From Lytechinus pictus (Eukaryota), in the NCBI RefSeq assembly GCF_037042905.1, contig NC_087260.1, positions 22,382,001 through 22,446,000 of the forward strand: 64,000 nucleotides of DNA, read 5' to 3'. The position numbers and the translations under genes are program-made. This document shows positions 61,646 to 64,000 of this stretch, piece by piece (position 1 is the stretch's first letter; each line of letters starts with the position of its first letter). The notes below the pieces were generated by a model. It searched no databases. It saw only the letters and a program-made list of their open reading frames with translations, and had not been told where the DNA came from.

Positions 61646-64000
61646 TACATTATAGGCGGTTTGAATAAAAATTAATAAATCAACTGTTTTTTACTCGCCG
61701 TGGGAAAAATGTGACCGCAGCATAAGTCTCATGATTAGAGAACTGTTTATGGATCAAATTTTCATTTGGCAATGTAGAAACACAATTAACTAGACGAAAG
61801 TTGAAATTATATCATCTGGGCATTACACTTAAAGATATGGTAACAGACAAAGTTTAGTGCTTTACTTAGACCAAGGAGATATAGAGGTGATATCTCCTTG
61901 ATTAGGCCATCTGAGACATAGACTAAGGTCACATGGCCTGATTAAAACTGGCAGGCAAAAAATATTCATTCGACCCAACCCATTCGAAATTTTTAAATTT
62001 GATATTGCTGATTGACAAAAATGAATGAATATGATTGACAATCTAACACTGATTCTAGGGAGGGTACCTACTGAACTTCTTTTTCCAAATTGGAAAAATA
62101 TATCACCACTATGGAACTAAATTTTTACTGGCGGAAGAATAAGGGCCATTTGACTCTCTCAAGTGATGAATTTGATCCCGTCAAGTGTAGTCTTCATAAA
62201 TGCTGATTCATTTTTTAAATGAGCCGGTCGAGATACCCTTTTCTGGTCAGATATGGAATGTCAGACATTTATCCTATCCATAGTAAAGGAAAAGGTCCCA
62301 GACTATAAGGGCAGAAAAATGACGTACAGATGGGGGCGGGGTAGGTCATGGACCCTCAAATTTCACAACCAAACAAAAAAATAATAAAAAGGTTCCCCCC
62401 ATTTATATCTTAACTAAAATTTGATTTTTTATTTACTAACCGAATTACTATTTCCTTGAAGCTGTGATTTCTGACAAGATATTGCGTAAAGTAATCGTAC
62501 GTATCATTCTCTGCCACCCATGTCATGAATGCCTCACAGTTGTACGAAATAAGAATTGAGTAGAGCATAAAGAATTCATGATTTGAATAATTATTTGAAT
62601 TATTGAAACACAATCACAACGTAAATTGAATTGGAGTATATTATCATACTGCTGATTTGAGTAATGAAAATTTGATTTGTTCGATCTAAGTTCTTCTTCT
62701 ATACAACCATTTCGTCTACTAACAATTCCATTTCGAAGTGCTATTAGCACATCACCATTTAGCCTGATATCTATTTAGGCTATCATCATTTCGTCTAATG
62801 CCCACTTGGTCTAATATCAATTAGTATAGGCCCTATTTTGATTGATTTTTTTTAAGTGTAGAACATCTAAAGGGGTGATTATAGGCTAACAACGGTGTAC
62901 GCAGTCGTAATAAGACCAAGTTTGATATAGACCTAACGGCAGTCTTTGGTAGTAGGTTAAATGGACTTGTGGTAGTAGACTTTATGAGAAGTACCACGCT
63001 GTATGAAACAAAACTGCCAGGGCACTGGGAACGATTCTTTTGACTGTGGGGGTGCTGATAAGAAGAAGAAAAAAGTTTTCATTATAAAATGTAGGCAAAT
63101 TGTTTCACAGAAATTTGAAAACAAAAAATAAATAAATAAATAAGATTTTAGAAATCGCTACAAAATGAAGGTCATTATGCATACATTTTTAAAATTGTAC
63201 AAATCTTCCAGAATGCCTGGGGTTGCTGCCTAATACACGCAGCACCCCAATGATTTTTTTGGGGTGCTTTCCAGGGCCATGAAAACTTCAACTCACCCTC
63301 CATCTCTCCCCTCCTCCCCCTCCCTCTCTCACCACCCTGACTATATATCTTACACCTGTTCATAAATATGCTATATCAATATAAAGTCAACATTACTGAT
63401 TATATCTATTTTACACCTGTTTGCAACTAGTAATTCAAGGTTCACATTAATGATTAATGATTCTGTGTCAAATGATTATAATGATTCTGTGTTAAATTAT
63501 TAACGATTCTGTGTTAATAATTGTAGGGAGAATGCTCACATTTTCTTCATCTGTAACTATGCAATCGGATGACTTGAATTTAAAACATTCTGCTACACTT
63601 ATTTTCAAATCCACTAACTGAACAAGACGACATATAAAATTAGACCCAACAACTATGATTTACATGGTGTCTGTAATAACTGTGAATTTGGCGTGGAAGA
63701 GCTTTCACAATAATCAGCATTGCACATTATTCTTTTTTCACCGTTATTGATCTCGACAGAGTAAGTACAGCTCAATTCTTATATGACCCTCATCTCTTGA
63801 TGAACGAAGGATAACTTCCTTGTCTTCATTTAACCATAAAAACTTTCCTAACCTATTACTCGATATATACACAACAAAAAAGTAAGTCCCCCTTGAACAA
63901 ACATCAATAATTTCCGAACCAATGCGAGTTTTTGATATATTTTTACATGAGCTTGTAGGTAATTTTATAAGCTACCATCTGAGTAAATGTTATGGGCTTT

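Overview
This is AT-rich animal genomic DNA. The repeat style suggests an echinoderm such as a sea urchin (inference). From left to right it contains: the Tyr-motif-rich last exon(s) of a receptor-like gene cut by a TA-duplicating MITE (335-3020); a complete 11-exon EFHC2 gene (+, 7337-19900, 743 aa); a convergent 8-exon SYCE1-like coiled-coil gene (-, 23065-31607, 240 aa); a 130-N gap; and two copies of an intronless Ig-domain type I membrane protein gene (39435-40514 and 56967-58046). Between the two copies lies the most unusual object, a ~5.9-kb near-perfect palindrome (43039-48950). It starts with the Polinton/Maverick-type terminus AGTAGT and has motif-dense GC-rich ends. Each arm carries an outward-facing C2H2 zinc-finger/acidic ORF, and the centre is a 69-bp spacer flanked by inverted 10-bp minisatellites. 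A third terminus fragment (50757-51388) sits exactly at the start of the near-identical Ig-gene duplication, and an orphan copy of SYCE1 exon 1 lies beside the palindrome. The element ends therefore mark the rearrangement breakpoints, although assembly or haplotype artefact must be excluded. Many small non-autonomous DNA transposons are scattered through the window. Everything was read by eye; no database searches were run.
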